Positions 1 through 11,717 of a DNA stretch of 64,000 nucleotides are shown here, piece after piece. Position numbers and translations under genes: made by a program. The stretch covers positions 1,600,001 through 1,664,000 of the forward strand of contig CAWGMQ010000004.1 of assembly GCA_963823665.1 (NCBI GenBank), read 5' to 3'. Under the pieces are notes generated by a model. The model made no database searches. It was given only the letters and a program-made list of their open reading frames with translations, and was not told the DNA's origin. The stretch is from an uncultured Planctomycetota bacterium (GTDB lineage: Bacteria; Planctomycetota; Planctomycetia; Isosphaerales; Isosphaeraceae). Position 1 is the first letter of the stretch. Each line of letters begins with the position of its first letter.

Positions 1-144
1 CCGGAGGCAACACAGGTTGCGATTTCTCCAGCCCTCGTGAGCGCGACGGTTCGTGCGTCATTGAGATTCTCGGAACAACCCTCGATAGCGGCCGGTTTGT
101 CATCAACGACCACTGTCAGCCTCGCTACAGGAGTGATTTACGCC

Positions 145-609
145 ATGACGATCACGAAAACGAAGATTTGCCGCGCCGTGCTGGCGTGCGTTCTCACATT
201 GGGCACATTGCATACCTTTGCTCGTCAGCCCGGTGGCCCGGCCGCGCCTGGAAAAACGGCAGTGCCCGCACCAAGAGCCAACGAACGCGAGGCAGCGCTG
301 ATCCTCCGCTCGGAGGCCGCGCGTCACGCCTTCGAGATGACCGCAAAGGACCTGAGCTCGGGCCGATTGACGGACATTGAAGTGCTTTACCGCTGGTCAC
401 ATCGCTGGATGGACGCAGATGTTGCAGCAAGTAAAACCAAGCAGGAGCGCATAGCGGCCGCAGAGGCCCACTTGAAGCGCATGCAGCAACTCGAAAAGGC
501 CGCGCCTGAACTGAAGAAGGTGGCGGACGTTTTCCCGGCATCTGCCGAAGCCGCGGCCACGTATTATCGTCTGGACGCGGAGGACTCCCTGGCCGAGGCA
601 CGACGCTGA
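145..609 (+). CDS. Exported helical hypothetical protein
   Basis: AGGAG at 129-133 before ATG 145; signal-peptide-like N-terminus (KTKICRAVLACVLTLGTLHTFA); helical C-terminus (YRWSHRWMDA...AHLKRMQQLE...YYRLDAE). Confidence 0.7.
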   Translation: MTITKTKICRAVLACVLTLGTLHTFARQPGGPAAPGKTAVPAPRANEREAALILRSEAARHAFEMTAKDLSSGRLTDIEVLYRWSHRWMDADVAASKTKQERIAAAEAHLKRMQQLEKAAPELKKVADVFPASAEAAATYYRLDAEDSLAEARR

Positions 610-633
610 ACGGGAAGAAGTGAACCAGGAACT

Positions 634-3450
634 TCACCGATTCCGATCCGATGATGAATCTTCCTTCGGAGATGCGGCCGGTCCGATGGGTGCGAGCGCC
701 TTGGCGAGAAACTGGCCGGTTGGCGTCTGCGACCTCGCAACGTCTTCGGGCGTTCCTTCAGCCACAAGGCGGCCGCCTGAGTCGCCACCACCGGGGCCCA
801 GATCGATGATCCAATCGGCGGAAGCCATTACCTCGGGGCGATGCTCGATGACGATCACCGAATGGCCGCGCTCGACCAGTGAGCCGAGCGCTTCGTTCAA
901 TTTTTCGACGTCGAGCGGATGCAGCCCCGCGGCGGGCTCATCCAGCAGAAATACCGTGTGAGGCGGTGCTCCGGGGCGTTTGAGGGCAGACAGAGAGCGA
1001 GCGAGGAAGCTGGCGAGCTTGAGCCGCTGTGCCTCGCCACCGGACAGCGTGCTCAAGGGCTGCCCCAGTCTCAGATAGTCCAGGCCGATGTCGAGCATCG
1101 AGCGGAGGCGCGATTGAACCCTCGGACGGTTGCGGAAGAAGGAAAGAGCCTCGCGCACGGTGAGATCAAGGACTTCAGCGATGTTCTTGCCGCGATAAGT
1201 GACTTCGAGGACTTCGGGACGATACCGCGTGCCTCGACACTCCGGGCAGCGGACGCGAACGTCCGGCAGGAACTGCATGTCGATCGTCAAGAATCCGTTT
1301 CCTTGACACGTGTTGCACCTTCCCCCCTCGACGTTGAAGCTGAAGCGCCCGGCGTCGTAGTTCCTGAGCTTCGCCTCGTGGGTCGCCGCGAACGTCCGGC
1401 GAATCTCGTCGAACGCATTCGAGTGAGTGGCGGGATTGGAGCGAGCCGACCTGACTAGCGGCGACCGGTCAAGCAGCACAACGTGGGCCACATCAGCATG
1501 CACGATCAATTCGTCGTGAGCAGCGGACAGGATAGGCTCACCGCTCAAACGCTGTCGCAGAGCAGGGAAGAGTGTCTCCTTCACGAGGGTGCTCTTCCCC
1601 GAGCCGCTCACGCCAGTCACGACGCAGAGCACGCCGAGCGGGAATGTGACGTCGATCGCCTTGAGGTTATTGCCCCGCGCTCCCTTGACCGTGAGGTTTC
1701 GCGCAGGACCGCTGGCGGCGGCGCTCGGGCACGCGCACACGCTTGCGGCCGGAAAGATAGTCGGCAGTGGCCGAGCGCTCCACCTGGGCAAGTCCGGCGA
1801 TCGCTCCGGCATAGAGGACTTCTCCGCCTGAAGAACCGGCTCCCGGGCCCAGGTCCACGACGTGGTCGGAACCGCGGATCACGTCGTGATCGTGCTCGAC
1901 AACCACGAGCGAGTTTCCCTGGTCGCGCAGCCGGTGCAGCATGGCGATCAATCGGCCGGCGTCATGCGGATGCAAGCCCGAGGTCGGCTCATCGAGGATG
2001 TACAACGTGCTCACCAGCCCGGAGCCGAGTGTCCTGGTCAGAATGACGCGCTGGAGCTCGCCTTCGGCAAGGCTTGAAGCCGGCCGGTCGAGCTGCAAGT
2101 ATTCGAGGCCGACTTCCGCCAGATAGCCGAGCCGGTTGGCGATTTGAGCGAGTATGGTCCGAAAAGCGGGATCGTCTTGGAGTCCGTTCGACTGATGAAA
2201 GAATGCCGTCAATTCGCGGACGGTCATGGCCGAGAGCTCGGCGATGTTCCGGCCGCCGATCTTGACGGCAAGAGCCTCGGGCCTGAGGCGCGCCCCGTGA
2301 CAACCCGCGCAGTCTTCAAGCCGCCGGAAACGACTTAAGAACAACCGGTTCCGAATCCGGTGCGTGGCGCCTCAACCTCGCGAAAGAAACCATGGATGCC
2401 CGAGAAGCCTCCGGCGGCAGCGCCGTGGATGAGCAACTGGACCTGGGCGGGATCGAGCGAATCGAAGGGGATGTCGACGGCAACGCCGATCTCGCCGGCG
2501 CCCGCGACCAGATCATCGAGATAACGGCGAAAAGCCGGAATCGACCAGGGCGCAATCGCACCCGAGCGGATCGATAGCGACGGGTCGGGAATGATCCGGC
2601 TCAGGTCGAGCTCCATCGTCCGGCCGGTTCCTTCGCAGGTCCCGCAGGCGCCCAGCGGGTTGTTGTAGCGAAAGAGCGCCGGCTGAGGCTCGATGTGGTC
2701 GGTTCCACACCGGCTGCATCGCCAGCCGCGGACGAACGTATGCGACTCTCCCGATGCGATGATCCGGCATCGTCCCAGCCCCTCTTCAAAGGCTGTTTCG
2801 ATCGAATCGGTGCGGCGGTCGAGACGATCGCCCCCGCGAACCAGGCGGTCGACGATGACCTCGACCGACGCATGCTCGGGCAGCGCGGGGCAGGGGCCAT
2901 CGAGCATCGCCGCCTGGCCGTCGATTCGGAGGCGTGTGAACCCGCGGCACGCAATGAAGCGAACAGTGCCGCCTGGTCGGTTCTCGGAGCGGATCTCGAG
3001 CGGAAAACCGACCTCGTAGCGCGTGCCTTCGGGCATCGCTTCGATGGCGCGAGAGACCGACTCCGGAGAGGCCGGTGCGACAAGCTCGCCACACTGGCGG
3101 CACACAACTTGACCGGCCCGCGTGAAGAGCAAGCCGAGCGCGTGGTGGATCTCGGTGATGGTGCCAATCGTGCTGCGCGTCGCGTGGCGAATGCGGGGCA
3201 ATGTTACGGCGATCGCTGGCGGTATTCCAGCAATCAGCTCGGCGTCGGGCTTATCAAGCCGTACCAGGAATTGGCGCGCGTACGGTGAGAACGTTTCGAC
3301 GTAGCGCCGGTGTCCCTCTGCGTAGAGTGTGTCCAGGGCCAGCGAGCTCTTGCCGGCGCCGCTCGGGCCGGTGATGACGATCAATTGCTTGAGCGGCAAG
3401 TCGAGGTCAATTGCCTTCAAGTTGTGGGTGCGCACGCCGCGCAGCTTCAT
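634..3450 (-). CDS. uvrA: Excinuclease ABC subunit A (UvrA family), split by ~4 apparent frameshifts
   Basis: MKLRGVRTHNLK, Walker A TGPSGAGKS, YVETFSPYARQFL, Zn-finger CxxC pairs, LDEPTSGLHP, second ABC domain TGVSGSGKS / LSGGEAQRLKLA. Pieces lie in ORFs 2335-3684, 2601-3167, 1667-2344 and 634-1812; shifts near 2985, 2940, 2350 and 1710. The start may lie further upstream (GTG ~3630). Confidence 0.85.
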
Positions 3451-3535
3451 TGATGAAGGCGCCTCGGACCTCGTGTGCAAGTGGTGAGTTGTTACGACGG
3501 AAGGGTCTTCACTTCGGGCCTCTGCCGACAGGCAG

Positions 3536-3570
3536 CCCTCACCCCGCCCCTCTCCCGCAGGGAAAGGGAG
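3536..3570. repeat. REP-like palindrome (CCCTCACCCC...CTCTCCC-GCA-GGGAAAGGG type)
   Basis: ccctcaccccgcccctctcccgcagggaaagggag; stem ccctctccc/gggaaaggg; reads FPAGEGRGEG in the uvrA frame. Confidence 0.6.
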
Positions 3571-3833
3571 CTTGGGTTGGGAAGCGGATGAGCCGCCGCC
3601 ACGGCCTTTGTTGTTCGCACGGCTCTTCACAATGCGTTCGCTCCCGCACTTGCCCATTTTACGCCGTCGGGCGGCGTGATGCATCGGACGTTTCTTTGAT
3701 TTCTAAAATGTGGAAACGATAAAAAATAATTAGCCTCGCAGATAACCCAGTTTATAGTTGCTCAAGCTTTGTCGGATACGTTAAACTGAAACAAGACGTT
3801 ATTGATCGGATTTCACGCAGCTCGGAGGTAGAG

Positions 3834-4076
3834 ATGAGCGGAATCGACACCGTGGCCGCGGCCGTCAAGGACAAGGCACACAGCTTCAAGTATATCCGCA
3901 AGGCCACGGGCCTGAAGCTCTCCGACGACCAGTTTCTGGCCCTGATCAAGGAGAATCAAGAGCGGCTCGAGTTCACTCGCATCCGGCGGGCGGACTCTGC
4001 CGGCAAGGTCGTCCGACCCGGCTGGCCGGGTGTGAAGCTTCGAGCGGAAGCGCGACCACTTGATTCGCTCGCGTGA
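3834..4076 (+). CDS. Small basic hypothetical protein (80 aa)
   Basis: GGAGG RBS just before ATG 3834; GC3-rich codon usage; divergent from uvrA across an AT-rich intergenic region. Confidence 0.75.
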   Translation: MSGIDTVAAAVKDKAHSFKYIRKATGLKLSDDQFLALIKENQERLEFTRIRRADSAGKVVRPGWPGVKLRAEARPLDSLA

Positions 4077-4270
4077 AGCCAGCGGGCCGGGAGACGCCGG
4101 GTGGATCGATCGACGCCGATCGTGCGGGCGGTCTTGAGATCCCGATCGCGTTTACCGTCGGTGCGGATGCGGTGACGCAAACTCGCACAATCTCCTGTCG
4201 CTAAAGTCTGGTGTCCATTATCATTGCTAGAGTGGACGCCAAACGGGGCCAGGCCAAACATTCGGTGCAC

Positions 4271-4981
4271 GTGAAGGGCTTCCAGACAACGCGCTGGAGC
4301 TTGATTTTCGCTGCGCGCGACGGCGAGGCCGAGGAAGCCAGAGAGGCCCTGGCGGCTCTCTGCGGCGCGTACTGGTACCCGCTTTATGCATTCGTGCGCC
4401 GCAAAGGGCACGACGCGGAAACGGCCCAGGATCTTGTCCAGGGTTTCTTCGCGCGGCTGCTGGAGAACCGCGACCTGCAAACAGTCGATCGCGGCAAAGG
4501 CAAATTTCGATCTTTCTTGATGGCAGGGTGCACCCATTATCTGGCGAACCAGAGAGACCGTGAGCGGGCCAAGAAGCGCGGCGGCCAGCGGGCCGCCATC
4601 TCGATCGACGGCCTGACCGCCGAAGGTCGATATCGCTGCGAGCCATCGCACCAACTGACCGCCGAGCGTTTGTTCGAGAAACAGTGGGCGCTGACACTCC
4701 TGGACCGAGTCATCGAACGGCTGGATTTGGAAATGTCGCAGGCCGGCAAGGCCCGGCAGTTCGCGGCGCTCAAACCGGCGCTTCTGGGCGGGGCTGCGCG
4801 AACCCCGTTCGGGCAGATCGCCGCCGAGCTGGGGCTTTCCGAGGATGCGGCCCGCGCAGCCGCACACCGGCTGCGCCGCCGATATCGCGATCTGCTGCGG
4901 AATGAAGTCGCACGCACTCTGGACGACCCTGCTCAAGTTGAAGAGGAAATCGCCGCCTTGTTCTCTGCCCTGGGCTACTGA
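4271..4981 (+). CDS. ECF-type sigma-70 factor (FxTTRWSL type, kinase-associated)
   Basis: FQTTRWSLI...ALAALCGAYWYPLYAFVRR...AQDLVQGFF...KGKFRSFL (region 2); C-terminal HTH IAAELGLSEDAARAAAHRLRRRY. Start uncertain (GTG 4211 or 4271). Confidence 0.85.
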   Translation: MKGFQTTRWSLIFAARDGEAEEAREALAALCGAYWYPLYAFVRRKGHDAETAQDLVQGFFARLLENRDLQTVDRGKGKFRSFLMAGCTHYLANQRDRERAKKRGGQRAAISIDGLTAEGRYRCEPSHQLTAERLFEKQWALTLLDRVIERLDLEMSQAGKARQFAALKPALLGGAARTPFGQIAAELGLSEDAARAAAHRLRRRYRDLLRNEVARTLDDPAQVEEEIAALFSALGY

Positions 4982-5071
4982 AGCAAACGGTGCGAAAGGT
5001 GCCGCGGCAGAATTGCGGGCTCGCCCGTCCGTCTGCGATTGCGACCGAGAGTACTAGCGGAGGCTCTTCCG

Positions 5072-7719
5072 ACGGCCGACAAGCTGATCTGCCCGGAATG
5101 CGGCGGCGAAATGTCGGCGAATGCTCCAGGCGGGCGGTTTGTCCGCGCTGCCTGATGAATGCAGCCCTCGTCGATTCGGCGATCAGTGAGCCGGCAGAGG
5201 AATTCAAGCGCGTCGTACTCGAGCTGGGAATTGCGGACCCGGAGGCCATCGAGACAGCCGCGAGTGGCCAGAGCTCGGGTCTGCCGGAACTGATGCGATC
5301 GCTGATCCAGGCTCAGGTACTTACCGCTTATCAGGCACGTGCCATCGAGCAAGGAAAGGCGCGCGGGCTGGTCATCAGCCGTTATCTGATTCTCGACAAG
5401 CTCGGCGAGGGCGGAATGGGCGTCGTCTTCAAAGCGCGACACCGTGTATTGAACCGGCTGGTGGCGCTCAAGATCCTGCCGCCGTCGTTCGCGCGAAATG
5501 AAGAACTTGTGCTCCGCTTTCGCCGCGAGATGCATGCGTGCGCGCGTTTGAACCACCCCAACGTCGTCGCCGTGCTCGATGCAGACGAGGATCGCGGCGT
5601 CTACTTCCTCGCGATGGAGTACATCGAAGGGCGCGATCTCGACCACCTGATTCGCGAGCACGGCCCCTTGCCGGTCGAAGAGGCACTCGAGTGCACCGTC
5701 CAGGCAGCCCGGGGACTCGAAGCGGCCCACGCGCGAGGGATCGTGCACCGTGACATCAAACCGGCCAATCTCATGCTGGACGCCTCCGGCACCGTGCGCG
5801 TTCTGGATCTGGGGCTGGCGCGGCTCCTTGGCGACTCGTCGCCGGCAGGGTCGAGCACGCCCCATCATCTGACTCGACCCGGAGTCTACATGGGGACGGT
5901 CGATTTCATGGCTCCGGAGCAAGCCGAAGATTCGCACAACGTCGATCATCGCGCGGACATTTACAGCCTCGGCTGCTCGCTCTATTTTCTCTTGACCGGC
6001 CGCCCGCCGTTCGAGGGCACGACGGCGATCAGCCGGCTCATGGCCCACCAGTCTGAACCCCCGCCGTCGATTCGCAAGACACGCCCCGAACTGCCCGCGA
6101 CGCTCGAGGCTGTCTACCTCGCGATGATGGGCAAGCGCCCGGACGACCGTCCACAGTCCATGGCCGATGTGATTGCTCGGCTCATTTCCTGTCGCAGCAG
6201 CTCGGTGGTCGACGTGCATCTCTCCATCGAGTCATTCTCGAGCACCGTGGTAGAGAAAAACGCGTTGGTACGGGCGGCGCTGGACCCGACAATCTTCCGC
6301 GGCCGTGACTCCTCGGGAGGAACTCGGATCGAGGCCCAGCTCGACTTCGAGGACGGCGGGCCCGCGGATCGATCTGGCGAGCTTACGCGCACCGAGGACG
6401 AGCCGGCATGTCTCGAACGCAGCGGATCGGGCCTTTTTTCAAAGCATATTCCGCATCGACCAAGGCGAATGGCCGCGGTTTGCGTCTCAGCCGTGCTGGT
6501 GTCGTTGGGCCTCATCTACGTCGCCGCGATGTGGCGTGGCGGTGGTCGTCATGGAGCGGCGGCGCCACCCAGGACATCGACCACGCCGCCGGATGTCGCA
6601 TCGGCCCCGACGGGAGAGCCGAGTGACTCCTCGAGCAGGCCTCCGGAGACGCCGAATCCCGCTTCCGAGGAAGTCGCCGTCAACGCACCCAAGAAAATGC
6701 CGGAGCCGCCGCCGCCCGAGGCTGCCGTCGATCGGGCCGCCCCCAGCCGCAAGACGGCTCGTGACTCGTCGAAGCCGAAGGCCGCCACGATACCGAGTTT
6801 CAACGTCGCCCCGATCTTCGCCAGACACAAAGGACCCGTGAATGCGATCGCCGTCACTGGCGACGGCAAACTCGCGCTCAGCGCCGGAGCCGACCATTCG
6901 GTCAGGCTCTGGGAGGTCGCCACCGGCAAGCAAGTCCTGGAGCTCCCTCCGCATCCTTCCCCTGTCCTGGATATTGCAATGACGCCAGACGGCGTGTTTG
7001 CTTTGACAGTCACCCGAGGAAGGCCCAACACGAATGGAGCGATTCGTCTGTGGAACCTGCGAACGCGCCAGCCGGTGATGAATGGGATTGGCCAATCTCC
7101 CCATACCGGCTCGATCCAGGGCGTGGCGTTCGTGCCTAACAATCGCGCTCTGACGGGCGGTCACGACGGCCATGCGATCCTCTGGAACCTCCGTGTCGGC
7201 CGGCCGATCGGCAAGCTCGGGGCGTCGCAGAACGGAGTCGTCCGAATGCACGCCCTCGCGGCCTTTCCAGACGGCCGCCGCGCCTTGACGGGCGGCGAGG
7301 ACGGAATTGTGCACGTCTGGAACCTCGGGACTCGTGCACAATCCGCGCAATGGAGCGGCCACGAAGGCCCGATCAGCGATCTCGCGCTCTCGGACGATGG
7401 CCGCCGCGCCGTGACGGCCAGCCGTGATCACACCGTCATCCTCTGGGACGCCGTGCACAGCTCCCGGTTGCGCCGCTTCCGGATGCCGGGAGAGGACAGG
7501 CCCAAAGCCGTGGCCATACTTCCGGACGGAAACGTGCTCGCGGCTGGGTTGCTCGGCCATGTGATTCTTTGGGATGCCAGCACCGGCGCGATCCTTCGCC
7601 AGGCCCAGCCGCCATTTACTCCTCACGACGAACTCATCGTTCTGCCGCCTGACGCACGACAATTCTTGACGGCCGACCAGGACGGCGTGGTCAGGATCTG
7701 GACCGTGAGGGAGCCCTAG
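5072..7719 (+). CDS. Ser/Thr protein kinase with N-terminal Zn-ribbon, one TM helix and C-terminal WD40 propeller (apparent frameshift ~5138)
   Basis: LGEGGMGVV, VALKIL, HRDIKPANL, DLGLA, GTVDFMAPEQ; TM AAVCVSAVLVSLGLIYVAAM; repeated GH...W(D/N/E) units. N-terminal CPEC lies in a different frame from CPRC. Confidence 0.85.
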
Positions 7720-7738
7720 CCTCCGCCGATCGCCACGC

Positions 7739-8228
7739 TCAGCCCTCAAGCTCTTCCTTGAGCCGCTTGTAAGCTTCCACCGCCATGCGGTCACACGCCT
7801 CATTCTCCGGGTGGCCACGATGGCCGAGAACGTGCGTCACTCGAACCTGGTGGATTGCCAGGAGTGAGTCGATCTTCTGCCAGAGATCGACATTCGATAC
7901 CGGTTTGAAAGTACGACCTTCTTTCCGCTGCCATCCCTGGCGCTTCCACATGGGTAGCCACTCATTGATTCCCTTGGCGACGTATTGACTGTCCGTGACC
8001 ACCTCAACCTGGCAAGGCCGCTTGAGGCTCGACAGTCCTTCGATCACGCCTTGCAACTCCATCCGGTTGTTCGTCGTGTTCGGCTCGGCACCGGAAGAAT
8101 CGATCGTATGACCGCTGGCGGGGTGCTGCGAGAATGAAAGCCCAGCCCCCAGGGCCGGGATTTCCACTGCACGCTCCGTCCGTGAAGAGCCGCACCGTGT
8201 CTTTCGGCGCACCGGCGTCATGCACCAT
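7739..8228 (-). CDS. rnhA: Ribonuclease HI (apparent frameshift ~8130)
   Basis: [16 protein letters not shown] in ORF 8004-8228; [32 protein letters not shown] in ORF 7739-8221. Confidence 0.9.
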
Positions 8229-8243
8229 CGACCATTCCTTAGC

Positions 8244-8849
8244 TCAGTACTTGCGAACGACCCCGACCAGGACGCCCAGCACGTTCACCCGGTCGCGGTA
8301 GATCGGCTTCATCGTTTTGTTGGCGGGCTCAAGTCGAATTCGATTCCGATCGCGATAAATCTTCTTGAGAGTCGCCTCGCCGTCTTCGTCCCGCACGGCA
8401 ACGATCTGCCCATCGCGAGCCTGCTCCTGCCGCTTGATGATGACATAGTCGCCATCGGCAATGTGCTCGTCGATCATCGAATCACCGGAAACCTTCAGTG
8501 CGAACTTGTCGCCCGGCTCCATCCAGTCCGTGAACGTCAGCTCTTCTTGCTGCTCAACGGCTTCGATCGGCTGCCCGGCAGCGATGCGCCCGATGAGCTT
8601 CAGACCCATAAGATGCGCATTCACTGGGTCTTCGAGCAATTGAATTGCCCGCGACATGTTCGGCTCGCGGTGGATCAGGCCCTTCTTTTGAAGTGCCTTC
8701 AGATGGCACATCACTCCGTTGGGGCTCTTGATCTGGAAGTGCACGCCGATCTCACGGACGGTCGGTCCGTAACCGCGGCCCTGAATCTTGCTTCGAATGA
8801 AGTTGTAGATCTCTCTCTGTCGGGCGGTAAGTGCATCCAGGTCAGCCAT
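8244..8849 (-). CDS. lexA: SOS repressor LexA
   Basis: LTARQREIY...GYGPTVREIG...HLKALQKKGLI (winged helix); IAAG cleavage site; GDSM serine; TLKK lysine; RLEPAN. GGAGGA RBS before ATG 8849. Confidence 0.95.
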   Translation of the reverse strand: MADLDALTARQREIYNFIRSKIQGRGYGPTVREIGVHFQIKSPNGVMCHLKALQKKGLIHREPNMSRAIQLLEDPVNAHLMGLKLIGRIAAGQPIEAVEQQEELTFTDWMEPGDKFALKVSGDSMIDEHIADGDYVIIKRQEQARDGQIVAVRDEDGEATLKKIYRDRNRIRLEPANKTMKPIYRDRVNVLGVLVGVVRKY

Positions 8850-9119
8850 GGATTCCTCCTCCTTTTGCGAAAGCGGCCGAAGTTGGATGACCTGTGCCAG
8901 CATGGTCTCCATGCGACACGGGCGATCAGTAACTGACTCTTTGAGTGCTAATGTACACAGGTTGGCTAGCGCACGCGAGAACATTTTCCCGAAAAAGTTG
9001 AGACACCTCGCGGCTTGACCGGAACAAGCGCCCTCGAAAAGGAACGAGGTCTTGTCCGAGCAAGCCCGAGACATTACATCTCAGAGTGTCTAAATTTGAG
9101 CCACTTCAGGGGGAGAGCC

Positions 9120-9890
9120 ATGACGTCGCCGACAAAGATTCTGGCCTTGCATGCACATCCGGACGACATCGAGTTTCAGTGCGCCGGCACCTTGATCCTG
9201 CTGCGCGAGGCGGGTTGTGAGGTGACGATCGCCACGATGACTCCGGGTGACTGCGGCAGCGCCGTCCACGATGCAGAGGCGATCGCCGCCATCCGCCGCG
9301 AGGAAGCGGCAGCGGCGGCCGCCATGATCGGTGCCCGGTACATCTGTCTGGAATTTCGCGATCTCGCGATCTTCAACGACGATGAATCGCGGCGCCGGGT
9401 CACCGAGGTGCTGCGGCGAGTTGCGCCTTCGATCATTCTGACTGCCCCCCCTTCGGACTACATCGCCGACCACGAGATGACCAGCCTGCTGGTGCGGGAT
9501 GCTTGCTTCGCCGCCTCCTGCCCCAACTACGCAACGCGACAGTGGGATCCGGCGGTTCCACTCGTGGAGATTCCACACCTTTACTTCGTCCATCCGGTCG
9601 AGGGTCGCGACCGCGACGGCCGCGCGGTGCCGGTCGACTTTCAAGTTGACGTCTCCCGAGTTTTCGACACGAAGCGCCAGATGCTCGCCTGTCACGCCAG
9701 CCAGCGTGACTGGCTCATGCGCCAGCATGGGATCGATGAATACCTCGCGATGCAGGAGCGATGGGGCGGGTTGGTCGGGGCGGAGATTGGCGTGGCTCAG
9801 GCAGAGGCGTTTCGCCAGTATCGCGGCCACCCGTATCCGCAGGACAATCTGCTGCTTCAGTTGGTGGGAACAGCCGGCCGTTCGAAGTAG
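9120..9890 (+). CDS. PIG-L/LmbE family deacetylase
   Basis: AHPDDIE metal motif, RREEA, DYIADHE, CHASQ, AEAF. Confidence 0.9.
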   Translation: MTSPTKILALHAHPDDIEFQCAGTLILLREAGCEVTIATMTPGDCGSAVHDAEAIAAIRREEAAAAAAMIGARYICLEFRDLAIFNDDESRRRVTEVLRRVAPSIILTAPPSDYIADHEMTSLLVRDACFAASCPNYATRQWDPAVPLVEIPHLYFVHPVEGRDRDGRAVPVDFQVDVSRVFDTKRQMLACHASQRDWLMRQHGIDEYLAMQERWGGLVGAEIGVAQAEAFRQYRGHPYPQDNLLLQLVGTAGRSK

Positions 9891-10723
9891 TCGATGATCT
9901 GGGCGATCGTGCTTCTCAGGTCGCGGCGGTGCACGATCCGGTCCACGAACCCGTGCTCACAGAGGAACTCGCTGGTCTGAAAGCCGCTCGGCAGTTGAAC
10001 CCGGACAGTCTGTTCGATGACTCGCGGGCCGGCAAATCCGATCAGGGCCTTCGGCTCGGCCAGGATCAGGTCTCCCAGTGACGCAAAGCTGGCCGCGACC
10101 CCGCCCATGGTGGGGTGCGTCAGCACGCTGACGTACAGCCCTCCAGCGGCGTGGAATCGTCCCAGGGCGGTCGAGACCTTTGCCATCTGCATGAGTGAGA
10201 AAATGCCCTCGTGCATTCTGGCACCACCGCCTGATCCGGAGACGATGACCAGCGGAAGCTGCTGGCGTGTGGCTTCCTCAATGGCCCGCGTGAGCTTTTC
10301 GCCGACGACAGACCCCATGCTCCCCATGATGAAGCCGCTGTCCGTCAGCCCGAGCACGATGCGAATGCCCTTGATATAGCCTTGGCCGACGACCGCGGCT
10401 TCTTCCAGGCCGGTTCGCTCCTGTTCGCTCTTGACGCGCTCGGGATAGGGGCGCCGATCGTTGAAACCCAGGGGATCCATGGGCTCGAGACCGGAGAACC
10501 ATTCCTCGAACGTTTCGAGATCAAGGAGCTGCTCGATCCGCTCGCGGGCCGGGACGACGAAATGGTGGCCGCACTCGCCACAGACGCCCAGGTTTTGCTC
10601 GACCTGTTTGCGGAAAAGGGTCGCCTGGCATCCGTCACAGCGCATCCAGACGCCTTCGGGCACTCGTTTGCCTTCGAAGTGCTCGTGCCAGGCGTTTGGC
10701 GCTCTTCCTTCCCGCGCTGGCAT
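9857..10723 (-). CDS. accD: Acetyl-CoA carboxylase carboxyltransferase beta subunit
   Basis: [12 protein letters not shown]...CGECGHH Zn finger; [53 protein letters not shown]. Confidence 0.95.
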   Translation of the reverse strand: MPAREGRAPNAWHEHFEGKRVPEGVWMRCDGCQATLFRKQVEQNLGVCGECGHHFVVPARERIEQLLDLETFEEWFSGLEPMDPLGFNDRRPYPERVKSEQERTGLEEAAVVGQGYIKGIRIVLGLTDSGFIMGSMGSVVGEKLTRAIEEATRQQLPLVIVSGSGGGARMHEGIFSLMQMAKVSTALGRFHAAGGLYVSVLTHPTMGGVAASFASLGDLILAEPKALIGFAGPRVIEQTVRVQLPSGFQTSEFLCEHGFVDRIVHRRDLRSTIAQIIDYFERPAVPTN

Positions 10724-10813
10724 CAAAAGGCTCCTTGATCGGTCAGTCGCGAATCCTCAAGGCGGGTTGAGGCTGCTTGCATGCCGGGCCCGTCGTGCGA
10801 AAAAGACACGTGG

Positions 10814-11407
10814 TCACGCTGTCCCGTTGCGCAACAGCACGGGCGCGATTTCAATCATCTCGAAATCCCCGCAAGACCACTGCTCGTCGAGCTGAACTCG
10901 TGGCTCGCACCGCAGATACGATGCGACCATGCTGGCCAGCGGCTCCGCCACGACAAGCCCGATCGACTCATCGTGATGACGTCGTAAAATCGGCCTGAAC
11001 GCCGCTTTGATTCGGCCCATGGCGCACTCGAAAGTCTCACCCTGGGGTGGACAGATCGTCTCCGGGGCTTCGATCCACTGGCGATACAGCTTGGTGTTCC
11101 GGCGCTTGATCTCGTTGATCTGCAAGCCTTGCCACAATCCCTGGTCCAGGTTGCGGAATTCGTCCAGCCGCTTCGGGCGCACGCCCAGCGCCTTGCCGAC
11201 GATCTCGGCCGTATGAGTCACGCTCTCGCCCGGGCCGCAATACAGCGCCGAAAGGCAATCGGCAGCGAGGCTGCGAGCCAGCATCGGCACCATCCGTGTG
11301 ACTTCCGAATGCCCACGCTCGGAGAGGGGGATGTCCAGAATCCCTTGCAGGCGATTTTGCTCGTCGTAAACAGTCGCGCCGGGACGGATCAGAACCAATT
11401 GGCACAT
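10814..11407 (-). CDS. Histidine phosphatase (PGM-like) family protein, catalytic RHG replaced by RPG
   Basis: LVLIRPGATVYDEQNRLQGILDIPLS, NLDQGLWQGL, PPQGE; directly upstream of accD. Confidence 0.75.
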   Translation of the reverse strand: MCQLVLIRPGATVYDEQNRLQGILDIPLSERGHSEVTRMVPMLARSLAADCLSALYCGPGESVTHTAEIVGKALGVRPKRLDEFRNLDQGLWQGLQINEIKRRNTKLYRQWIEAPETICPPQGETFECAMGRIKAAFRPILRRHHDESIGLVVAEPLASMVASYLRCEPRVQLDEQWSCGDFEMIEIAPVLLRNGTA

Positions 11408-11717
11408 TCGTCGTTACACAGCATTGCCTTTCCGGCGCCGAGGGCAATCGGCGGCAACCGGAAGACAGTAGTATAGGGGACACCCGAATCCGCTGTCAAC
11501 GTGCACCGCTCGGTGGCTTATCGGCTGGCAGCCGGCCTCGGCTTCGGCCGTTCGAGGCCTCAAGCGGCAGTCGTCCCCGGATGTCCTCAGCTCATTCCTC
11601 ACCTTCCGCAGATCGGGCAAAGTGACGGGCTTCGAGCAACGACCTATTTCGGATCGCAGAGGTCTCCGCCATGATAGAGCCCCGCGATTTACCCACGGCA
11701 ATTTTCCGGGACCGCTG

